A stretch of DNA of 64,000 nt from assembly GCA_951406725.2 (NCBI GenBank), contig OX597815.1:174840001-174904000 (forward strand), read 5' to 3'. Source of the stretch: Octopus vulgaris (lineage: Eukaryota). Under the pieces are notes generated by a model. The model worked only from the letters and a program-made list of their open reading frames with translations. It searched no databases and had not been told where the DNA came from. A program made the position numbers and the translations under genes. Shown here one piece after another: positions 11,922-23,239 of this stretch; position 1 is the first letter of the stretch, and each line of letters begins with the position of its first letter.

Positions 11922-14900
11922 ATGTAGAGCAAAGATAAGTTTCAGCCATCAGCTGTACAATGCATCCATGTTAGAATTATTTTGAATTATTTCATTTCAT
12001 AACTTTTCACCTCTATTAAAAAAAATCTTGAGTATTAAATTTAGTAAGTATAGTTGGGTAGAGTTAAAAGTTTTTATAACACCTAGTCCATGACTATATC
12101 ATTTTCTGGTTAATCAAGTGATGTATGGTAGTTGTACAAAAATCAATTGATGTATGGTAGTTGTCACATAGTGTGCTACTGTGCTGAATCTACAATAGCA
12201 CCTCAGGACTTTGGGATAACTACAAAACATACAAACTTTAGGCTATTTCTATACATAATGAGTTCAATCTGAATTTTTCTTTCTGACTGTGTATTATCAG
12301 CTCTGTAAACAAATTACAACAACGTATATTATGATACTCCAAGAACATTATTATAAAAGAATTTTTTTATCTTTGGTAGATGTACAGTGTTCACATAGCA
12401 CTTTTAGTGAACCTCTCCTAAAAAGAGTGAACTATGTTTTGTGATGTGCCAACAGTGTAGACTCATGCCCATGAAAATTTATGTAATGGCTGAAGTGATT
12501 TAAAAGAATCTCATCAATTAATCAGCAATATGCATGATGCTGTATTAACAGGTATACCAAATTGTTGTAAGCAGCAACACAGTTCAGCAGCTTGCCAGTC
12601 AACACAAATCTTTACATACATGCTGTCTCCTGGACATGGTTTATTTTAACAAACTTGTAGTACTGATCATCATACACATGATACCATCAACAGAACAGTA
12701 TTTAAAACATGTTATTATGAACAGAACAGTCTACTCTATACCAAGAACATAAAATTCATCACTTGCCAGCTTGCTTTCATCTGGAATATTTACTTAAACA
12801 AAATAAAAACATATTTTACAGTATCATCATCAATATTTTAATCCTTTAGCATCTAAACCAGCGATATCCAGCCCAAATATTCTGTTTTACGTTAAAACCG
12901 ACCCAGCAATTTATAATGAGGTTTTTGCATCATAGGCCAGATGTAGTCTCATCTAAATTGATATCAAAGGTGTTAAACAATTACAAATCAAAATTTAGCT
13001 TACAAATTAATTTCTTGTTCCAGAACATTTCACTATATTTTGCCAACCATTTCTTGATGCCAAAATTGAAAGCCTTTTGTACCAATCTTACCACTTGGAC
13101 ATGTCTTTTCAAATTAACTTATGAGTGGTAAATAGACAATATATATTCTCATTGTATTTATCATGGAATGAAAAACAATCTACTTTCCAATTTGTCTTTT
13201 ACATTGATTGAATCTATATTTTCTGCAGTAGCATTGACGATGCCCTTGAGAAAAACTACGAACATCTTAATTGCCATATTCTCTGTACAAAAATCAATAA
13301 GACTGATCAGCCATTTATGAGCAGCACTGATTATAAAATTCTATACAAAGATTGTAAATATTTGATATTTGTCTCTTTCTCTCACACGTTTTGAAAACTT
13401 GAAAGCAGATGACTAAAGAGGATATGGTAAAAGCATTTACATGTGGATAAATGTGATTATTATATCCTATTGCAATGAAAATATTATATCTTATTACCAA
13501 TTAGAAATAAAGCATGTTAATTTTATCATAATTCATAAACTCAGTCTTACTTTGTGCATTATCTTTGAAGTCAAATGTAGTGTACAGCTTTGTCTAAATA
13601 ATTCAAACATGGACAATTTGAGAAAATACTAAGTATATATCATTTTGAGTTACTGCATTTATAATTGAAAAAAAAAAAAAAAAAAAAAATCAGAATAAAA
13701 TATTAATGAAAATTGGGGCATTCATTTGTTTTAGTAATTTCATAAGTATTTCATTAAAACATTTGGGTTTTTTCCCTTCTACAGGTTTTCATTTTTGTTT
13801 CAATTATATTTATTAGGTTATGACTCAGTTAAATGTCTTAAAAGTAAGACATTAGACAGTCTTGATGACTAAAAGCAATTGAGGCATGGGCATTGTAACC
13901 ATTGTATTATATATATATAAAAAAACTATTCATGAAAATATTAACAGCTGTCTCAAAATTTTTAACACTTGTAAAACAAATCAGGGTAAAGTAACAAAGA
14001 GAAATGGCATGATAGGCTATCTGGCAATCTTGAAACTTTTTCTATTTTGCTTTCATCTTTTACTATTTTTTTATAACTGAAAATGGTTTTGACTTGAATG
14101 ACATTCTTTTCTCTTGTAGAAATGCTAGTTATAAAAACAACATTCATTAAAAAAAAAAGAATCTATACGTTTATGTTTAATCATATCATGACCTTTGTTT
14201 CATTGCTAATCCTTTATTTGAGTTTCAATTCTTGTTTTCCTCCTTTTATGTACATGCAAGTTGCTAACGGGATTTGCTTTATCACATTTTATTTTTAGCA
14301 CTTTAGTTTTTAAACAAGTCATATCTGATCCAAATATTCTACCTGTTTTATGTTCAAACTGGCCTCTCACACCTACTCCACAATGTCATTCTAAAAATAA
14401 GCAATCACATTGTCAAAATCTTGAAGACATGAGCTCATGTGTAATCAATTAAAAAGCAATGTGAACAAATAACCATTACATTTGAGAAAGTAATCTGAAT
14501 GCTAAATAAAGAGTTAATCTTGCTGGATACCACATACCTTTCTCATACCTTGATAGGATAGGTACTACCAATTTATCTGCCTGTTGAAACATGGCATTGT
14601 TATGCAGAACAACTCAAATACCATATTGGATTAGTTGGCTTATAACCAGAAAAATATGGAAATAGAAGGCTGCATCTATTGTTGTGCACTTATAGTCTCA
14701 CCAAGCTGTTGTATTGGCTGCTGCACTCTTGGTTTCAGTTATTAGACTAAGGCAATTTGGGAAACTGTCTTCAAGGTTATAGCTCAGAGGTATCAAAAAT
14801 ATGGACTGTACCAATGGCCCCCAGTTCAATTTTATAAAAAGAAAAATTTCATTATTTTATAATTTTAAAATATATATTGCTAGCATGCATTTATATTTGG

Positions 14901-17900
14901 AGCCTGACCAGAGTTGTGGTTAACAGTGGTCCTGATTACTCAAACCAGTGCATCTTAAAGAATCTTTTTCTATTTCAACCAAAGTAAAAGTTTATGAATC
15001 TGACATTCTACTGATTCCATAAGTGCTTTTTTTAAGAAATCCCTTTTAATGGATTTGCTTCAAGAAAGTATGAGTATTGTATCAGCAATAATGTAGGGTG
15101 TTATATCATCATCATTTAATGTCATGTTAATTGACAGTAGTGTACATCAACCATGTGTCACTTCATAACAATCTTCTAGTTAGACCTGTCCACTGCAGCA
15201 GAATTGAGACCAGTGTTGGTGCTACATAAAAAGCACCAAATGCACTCTGTAAAGTAGTTGGTATTAAGAAGGGCATCAAGCCATAGAAACAATGGAACCG
15301 GAGCCTACCAGCTTTTGTCAAACCATCCAACCCATGTCAACATGGAAAACGGACATTTATGTTCAAACTGGCCTCTCACACCTACTTTGACTGATACTAA
15401 ATTTTGCTGACCCTAGAAGGAGAAAAGGCAAATATGACTTGAACTTAGAATGTCAGGAGCCACCACATATACCACTAAACACTTCATCTAATGTTTCCAC
15501 AACTAATTTCTTTATACTAATTTTAACATGATTTTTTTAATGTGTAGGTTAGATATGGGTTATTTTAACACATTAGATATCAATTTGCCTGAAACCATCT
15601 CTGGTTCAGGGATATAAAACTTCTTATTGTGAAGTATTCATATTTAAAACAAGATCTTTCATTTATAATTTTGCATAAACATGTTTCAAACTTGATGAAA
15701 AAGTAAACTATTTCATTAAATCCCAAATCCTTAAAAATTCTTGATTTTAAAAATTAAATCATAGAAGCAATGAATTTCATTTGATATATAGTCATACAAA
15801 GTGAAGGTGTGCGATCTGGTGGTTAGAGTGTTACAATCACAATTGCAAGGTCACGGGTTCGATTCCCAGACCAGTGGTGCACTTTATTTCACGTAGTTCC
15901 AGCCCGCTCAGTTGTAAATAGGTAACCCTGTGAAGGATTGGCATTCCATTCTGAGAATAATGTTGGCCTGCCTGCCTAGCCAGCAAGGGTAGCATCATTT
16001 GAAGGTAACGAGCAGTGCATTGTGACAAGCAGTGTATATCTGCTAGTCTGATCGATACAGTGATATAGTCACAGAAGCAATAATTTAGATTTTAGGCTTT
16101 AATTTTCATCAATGTAAACCTTTTTAATGATAATAAAAACATTCAGTTCTAAAGAATATAATGCCTGTCAAAGGAAAATTTAACATACTCTAATAACTTA
16201 AGCACTCCAAGTTATTTTTGCATTTGGCAATAATCAGCATGGGCCATCGAAAACAATCATGAAATATATTTAATTAGTGGCATAGTATGGCATAGTTTCG
16301 GTTGTGCGAAACTTCGCCTAATTAGTTTATCAAGGTGTAATATTTTGTAGGTTCAACAAGTTAACTAGTTGAACCTGATTTGCTCATGTCTAGGAAAGCA
16401 GGTGAACTATCGACCTCCAGATCACGAATCGTCACCCAGCAGGTTCCAGTTCATCTAACAAAAAAAAAAAAAAAAACAGATTTCATCCATACTTTCTAGT
16501 TGAGTGGTTAACTCAAGTAAAGGGATTTCGGAAGGGCATCCAGCCATAAAATTATTTGTTCCAACAAAAACCATCCACTCAAATAAGCATGCGAAATAGG
16601 TTACTTTACTTAATATTAAAAAAAAATCCTATTAAACATTGTAGTAAATTACGAAGGAACAAGCCCAACTCTTATCAAACTAATGTTCGATGATCATTAA
16701 TTATAGGACGGCACTGATAGAACAGAATATAATGAGAGGAATTTTGACCGTGACCATTCCATTGTATTTTCAGACAGTGTATCTAAGACTACATTATACG
16801 TTTTCTTCTCTTTTCTTTAGACAATAGGTTGTATCTGAGATTTGGCTGCTATTTCTAGAAGGTAGAAAACCGCATACAGGCTCGAATATAATTGGTCATC
16901 TCTCACAACAGGCCCAACCTAAATATAAAATATATACTTTTCGTGGCACTCTAACGTTCTTCACTATACCATTTTTCACGATTGTAACTCATTCTTTTCA
17001 TATTAACATACTTCTAAAAAAAAATCTGACTATTGATTTCATACACGTCCACGAATTGAATACGAATTTGAAATGAGAGCATGTTACTTTCAAGTCTTTT
17101 TTTTTTATCTGATTATGACAATATCTCAAGTTATTTCCTGTTCGCTACTTTTTAAGCTAAAGGATAGAACAACGTTGGGGCGGTTTCATAAATGATTTAG
17201 AAAAAAACAATATATAAATTCAAATAAAAATCGAAATGACACTTTGAATAATTTATTAAGCCAAGTAAAGGGATTTCGTCATTTTTTTTGCCATTTATTT
17301 AATATTAATAATTTATATTTCACAGGAAATATAAAGGATATATTTAAAGGGATTGGTCGGTCTACATGTTAAAGATCAGTTCAAGAGTAACTAACATCAG
17401 CTCTTCCATTTAATATGGATCAGTTATCGTAACCGAACTTCTTTTCAGTCAAACACGAATCAGTTTTCGTATAGTTAAGGCACTAGTCATGAAAGTTTTG
17501 GATTTTTTTTTAAAAAAAGAAAACAACTTTTTAAGCTCTGTAGATGAAAATCCCAAGTTAGACAGTTTCGTTGATTCTAAAATTCCAACTAAATTTCATT
17601 TGTTCTTTTTTTCTTTTCTCTCTTTCCCAAGGAACTTTTCAAGAGGGTAAAAATAAAATAAATAAAATAGAAGGCGTCGATTCTAATATTTACAAATCTT
17701 AGTCATAATGACGATCACAGAATAAACAAAAGAAAAAAAAAAAGAAAATTAAAAGCTTAAGTTACAACTGGTGAAAGAGAAAATATGAACTTTTACTGTC
17801 TTGTTTTTTGTTTGTCCTTCAATAGAGACAGGCAAGATTTCGAGGAGAAAACCAATTTTAATAGTGACAGGTATTGCCTCCCAAACAGCAGTGAACTGGT

Positions 17901-18366
17901 TCTGTACCGCCTTCGTGTCACATTAAGGGATAACAGGTCATTGAATCAACGAAAAATTTGAAGGAGAACTTCGAACAGATAGATTTAAAGAATTTGAATT
18001 TTGTTTAGCAGTTGAAATAAGGAATGAGAAAAAAATGATTAAGAGAAAAAGATGTAATGGTAGAGTTCATGTAATATGATTGAATGTAGCAGTAGAGAAA
18101 TTACTAACCAGAAATTTGAAAATGGTCAATACCTTTGTTTTAAGTCGAAATCCATTATGTTAAAAGTCGACTTAATTCCATAAGGGTCTGTATGAATTTG
18201 GGATGGAGGGAAGGGGAAAAATATAAAAAAAATGTAATAAAAATATTTTTCTTTCATAATTACATTTTAAGGCAATTCATGATTTAGGATATTTCTGTCT
18301 CTTTGTGAATGTAATTGTGTGTGAATATAGTAGTAATTCAGTACTTTCGCCAAGATTTGAACTGTT

Positions 18367-19239
18367 TTATAGATTATATACTACGTTGGAATAAAAACTT
18401 GGGTCGGTGAGAGGATAAAGAAGAATCAACCAAGCAGAAAGTCCAGCAATAAAGAAGAAAATGATTTTGGTTCGTCCAGGTTGTTGATGAGCCATTACTT
18501 CGTTGAAAGGTGGAAATCCCATGTGGTTGCAAAATGCGTGTGCAATGACAGGCGCCACTAAGTGACCAGTTCGTAGAAAGAGGAATGCTGAGTAGGCTCC
18601 AAATATAGTGGTATAGAACAATTGGAAAATAGACTGCTTCAAGGCATCTTTAACTGCTTGGTGTCCGAATATAACCGTTTCGATCATGTGGTGAAAGTGA
18701 GCGACCCCGAAGAAGAGTGGACAACAGAAAACGGCATACCATTCCCCAAAAGACGGAACCAAAACCGGTAACATACAAGCCCGGAATATGAATTCTTCCG
18801 AAAATGGAGCCACTAAATGATTCCGGAGCCAGATTAGTGACTTAAAACTACTTGACCAATATTTCGGTTCCAAATACAAGCTAAATACACCATCAATGTA
18901 ATGTAAATAAAGTGGACCAGAGAACAAGACCATAGTAAGTAGTAGGGGGAGTACAAATGCAGGTATAAATCCCCAGAAACGTAGCCCTAGCCATTCAAAT
19001 AAAGTGCGGCCATCAGGATTGGTGGAAGTTTGGTACTTGCTGAAGCACCACAAAAGAGGTGGTACAATTAATGCAACTATACCGACACTGACAAATCTTC
19101 GTTTGATAATTTCAGGGTGATCTCGAGTTCTGTTGGTATTGTTAATCCAAGCATACAGACTGCCAACATAAATAACAGCAAAAAGCAAGCAAAGTAAAAC
19201 AGCTTGCCAGGCGTGTAGAGCAAACAAGACGGGCTCCAT
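18367..19239 (-). CDS. RCE1: CAAX prenyl protease 2 (Rce1, type II CAAX protease), single coding exon, 290 aa from first ATG
   Basis: Multi-pass hydrophobic ORF with Rce1 motifs YVGSLY, RDHPEIIKRRF, APFSEEFIFR (EExxxR), FFGVAHFHH (FxxxH), QLFYTTIFGAYSAFLFLRTG and HAFCNHMGFP (HxxxN). The ORF-track start at 19293 is a TTG; the first in-frame ATG (AACATGG) is at 19239. Confidence 0.96.
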   Translation of the reverse strand: MEPVLFALHAWQAVLLCLLFAVIYVGSLYAWINNTNRTRDHPEIIKRRFVSVGIVALIVPPLLWCFSKYQTSTNPDGRTLFEWLGLRFWGFIPAFVLPLLLTMVLFSGPLYLHYIDGVFSLYLEPKYWSSSFKSLIWLRNHLVAPFSEEFIFRACMLPVLVPSFGEWYAVFCCPLFFGVAHFHHMIETVIFGHQAVKDALKQSIFQLFYTTIFGAYSAFLFLRTGHLVAPVIAHAFCNHMGFPPFNEVMAHQQPGRTKIIFFFIAGLSAWLILLYPLTDPSFYSNVVYNL

Positions 19240-20602
19240 GTTTCTGGCATAGGAGGAGATAACTAACGCAACAACACCGGTAGACGACAGCAAATAAATT
19301 TAACATATAAAAACAAATTAAATAAATATTTGAATTAATGTGGAAATATATGCACCTAAGTAAGATAATATATATACACACACACACATATATAAATTCA
19401 ATAGTATATCTTATATTCACATCATCTGCAGTTTTGTTGACTTTTTACGACAGCACAATCTCATTTCTGATAGTCTTGATAACTCGTTTTATTGCATTTC
19501 TCTTTTAATTTTAAGTTAATTGCATTATTATTTTTCAAAAGCATATTAAAATATATCAAGTTTAGGGATATTTCCTTTAAATAGAACACCATCATATTTT
19601 AAAAACTGTTTATAGCCACAAATTAAGAGAATGGTGATGTGGCTAACACGTTTCTTCTGAACAGAAACAAAACAACTTTACCGTTATAAATCGCTTCGAA
19701 ATAAGTTTATAATTATTATTTATTAAAATTGTATAAATTGCTTACTATTTATCAATGATAGCATAAAACAAGAAACACAACTTTCAGAAAGTGTTTTTTT
19801 TTTTTTAAGTGAAGAAAAAAAAAATCCAAACTACTTTACAGGTTTCTATTATTTTAAATGGGTTTGTCTTCCATGTATGGATGCCTCAAAGGGCAATTAA
19901 TTATTTTGATGATCTTCGGGCTTAATGTGCCACTTTCACTTTGTCAAACTTTTAGCTAATATCAGTTTTCTGACGTCTGTGGAAGAATTATTTTATGCTA
20001 TGCTGCAGGCAACTTGATTGTCATATAGACATTTCAGACTTTTTTGTTATTATTCATACCGACAATTAAGACTTTGTTATTACTAATTTCTTTGTGCATT
20101 TTTTTTGTCGTAGTTCACCAAGACGAAAGGGTGTAATTATTATAAGAGATTTGGCTACGATTTTTAGAGAGTTAAGCGACTGCATAGACACGACGCTACG
20201 TTCTGAGTTCAAATTCCGCCGAGGTCGACTTTGCCTTTCATCCTTTCGGGGTCATAAATTAAGTACCAGTTACGCACTGGGGTCGATGTAATCGACTTAA
20301 TCCGTTTGTCTGTCCTTGTTTGTCCCCTCTATGTTTAGCCCTTTGTGGGTAATAAAGAAACAGTTATTTTAACTCAATTCCAGCGAGGTCAGCTTTGCTT
20401 CCATTCTTTCGGAGTCCATAAAATAAATTATAAGTCAGGTACTGAAGTCGATGTAAACCACTAAACCCCTCCTTGTCAAGTTGCTATTTTTGTGCGAAAA
20501 TTTGAAAGCGTTACTTCAACTCTTTGACAGTTAAAATAATGCGAATTATTTAATTGGTAATATTTTATGAGTTCATATACAAGAATAATTAACAACAATA
20601 TC

Positions 20603-22047
20603 AACTATTGCCCCGTTAGTCTTACTAGCTGCATCGCCAAACTGATGGAATCCTGTATCAGAGAAACCCTCTGGAACTTCTGAAAGTCTCACAACCTCAT
20701 CCAGCCGTCACAATTTGGTTTTATTCCTAACTCCAGCTGCTGTAAGCAACTCATCGAGTTTCTTGAGGACATTACCCGAATCGTGGATCCTGAGTGGATG
20801 CTGTTTACATGGACTTTGCTAAGGCTTTTAATTCTGTGTCACACAAAAGACTTATAGTGAAACTCTCTGCAATGGGTGGAATTTTGGAATTTGCGATCTC
20901 TATAACTGGTTGAAGTCCTTTATTATCGGCCGAAAAGAGGTTGTCACAGTTCTAGGACAGCACTCTTCACCCTATGAGATGACATCTGGTATACCACAGG
21001 GATCTGTTCTTGGCCCCCTTTTCTTTGTTGCATATGTTAATGACATAAATGCCAACTTAAAGAATGCCACAGTGCTGAAATATGCAGATGACATCAAGCT
21101 GTACCTCGAAATAAAGAGGTCAGATCCTGTACACTATAGATCTCTATTGCAAGCAGACCTGGACACAATGCAGCAGTGGATCATGGACTGGCAATTCAAG
21201 CTGGCTGTGGACAAATGTACCACCATGCATTTTGGGAGGAAAAACCCAGCGTCTACTTACTCCCTCCACAACACTAATCTCAAAAGGTCTTCTTGTGAAC
21301 GTGACCTGGGTGTTATTGTCGACAGCGATTTGCGTTGGACAAAACACATCGCTAAAATTGCCAAGAAGGCTGAGGGTGTCTTGGCATCACTCACCAAGTC
21401 CTTTGTGAGCCGCTCTCCGGCTATCTATCTGCGGCTTTATATAGCTATGGTACGACCTCACCTGAAATTTGCATCACCGGTCTGGAACCCCTATCTTGCC
21501 CAGGATATCAATCGTCTGGAAGCCATTCAGCGACGTGCAACCAAGAGAATACCCTCCATCAGGCATTTGCCATATTCTGAACGCCTTACTTCCCTGGGCA
21601 TGGATACGTTGAAACTCCGGTGTCTGGCAGCTGACTTGGCAGACACCCATAAAATTATTAACCATCTTACAAACAATTACTCTGAGCACCTTTTCAAACT
21701 CCACCTGTCTAACATCCGTGGACATGTTTACAAAGTCAGAAAACAGCACAGCTCCCATGACTTTCGGAAACATTTTTTCACGCTAAGAGTTGCTGAAGCA
21801 TGGAACAAACTGCCGGCATCAGTTGTTAGTTGTCGGAGCACTGCATCCTTCAAAACTACCATGCTTCCTGAGATTCGCCAACACTACACCTGATTTTTCT
21901 CCCCTCCATACACACGTAAGCATGTATCTGACTCATACACTGTTCACTTTCCAGACATTTGTACATTACTGCATATACTTTATACGCACTTTTGACAAGT
22001 TGTGGTGCACCTGAGCACTGTATACAATAATTTCATTATTATTATTA
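20603..22047 (+). mobile_element. 5'-truncated CR1-clade LINE (RT, C-terminal region, 3' UTR, (ATT)n tail)
   Basis: NY-PVSLTS start, GIPQGSVLGP, YADD, ERDLGV, FFTLRVAEAWNKLP. A stop and frameshift precede ORF 20910-21893. Ends in AATAATTTC(ATT)n. Confidence 0.92.
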
Positions 22048-22247
22048 ATACAAAATATTTTTCATTACACTAAAAATATCTTCGATGATAAGCTGGTTCT
22101 AACTTCGGAAAAGAAAAAATGAAAGGAAAAATAACTCCCGTGCCTGCCAAACTGATACTAGCTTCAAGGAGAAAGTGACAGGTTGAACAAAGATCATCAT
22201 TATTTGTTTTTCCTGTTTCTCCATAAGTTACTTTGGTAAACAATTTG

Positions 22248-22410
22248 CAGACACGGTTGTGTGGTTAAGAAGTTCACTTTGCAACCACGTGGTTTCGGGG
22301 TTCAATCGCACTGTGTGGCGCCTTGCACAAGTATCTTCTATTATAGCCCCAGGATGACCAATGCATTGTGAGTAGATTTGGTTGTTAGAAACTGTGTAGA
22401 AGCCCGTCGT
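22248..22410 (+). mobile_element. tRNA-derived SINE family B head (GTGTGGTTAAGAAG..GGTTCAATC..CCTTGGGCAAGT, CORE-like)
   Basis: Repeated at about 30545, 38026, 41940, 48200, 54755 and 60765 (+) and 10970, 32470, 34140 and 47180 (-). Confidence 0.75.
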
Positions 22411-23239
22411 GTGTGTATGTATATATATACATTCAAAATGTGACCGCGTGTGTATCGTTAGCGATTCTTTCCTCCGTCTTCCCTTCCTTGGATCTTTCCT
22501 TTTTCTATGTTTCAGACTAAGAGCTCCGCTCGAAACGTTAAATCCTCCTTCTTTCTTTCCTTTCCTGTGCGTCCAATAACACTATACTTGTTCCACGTCC
22601 TCGCGTTGTTGTGTTTTCTCTTTGTGTTTTCATGTTTGGATTAACTTTATATATATATCTAGGTAAATTTTCAGATTAACTCTGAAAAATTACCCGGAGA
22701 TCTTGATGTTTGATTTTCACTTATTTTCGTTTCGGGTAGATAACGAGGTATGACAGTCAATAATGACAGCTATTATCCTGACAAGGCAAATATGTTTACT
22801 TAAATGTTATTACTATAGGAAATATTTACTATGAATTTTAAAACTAATTTGTCAGTAAAATAACTTCGCTTGTGAGTAGAGCTGGTACTAAAGCAATAAC
22901 TTTAGAAACAAAATAATAAATTTTCTATCAGTTCGTTGAATTTAACAATCACATTAACTGAAAGAAACATGTATAGAATATATATTTACTGTATAAAATA
23001 CCTTAATGATAAAGGTTGTCTTCATGGAAGTGTGTATAACGCATTTCGATGCAAACACTTGTTTAAAATGGCGCGTAATCTGTTAAAATCTTTATTATGA
23101 TCAAACTGATCGTACATAGACAAGGACATTACAAGACAAACAAATACAAAAATGTTATATGAGTTCGAATGAGCATTAAGAATTTACTTTAAAAATATTT
23201 TACTTGACGATTAATTTTTACCTTTAACAATAACTTTAA

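Noticed and set aside
12180-12800. Possible decayed transposase-like sequence
   Set aside because: No diagnostic motif could be read, so it was left unassigned.
14537-14580. Possible - strand exon ADKLVVPILSRYEK with good splice sites
   Set aside because: Isolated, with no partner exons or convincing homology.
15805-15875. tRNA-like sequences at SINE heads (also 22250, 38030, 52451)
   Set aside because: A/B boxes only, no complete cloverleaf, and followed by repeat bodies.
19240-19293. N-terminal 18 aa of the RCE1 ORF in the track
   Set aside because: Begins at TTG. In a eukaryote the first ATG (19239, good context) is the likely start.
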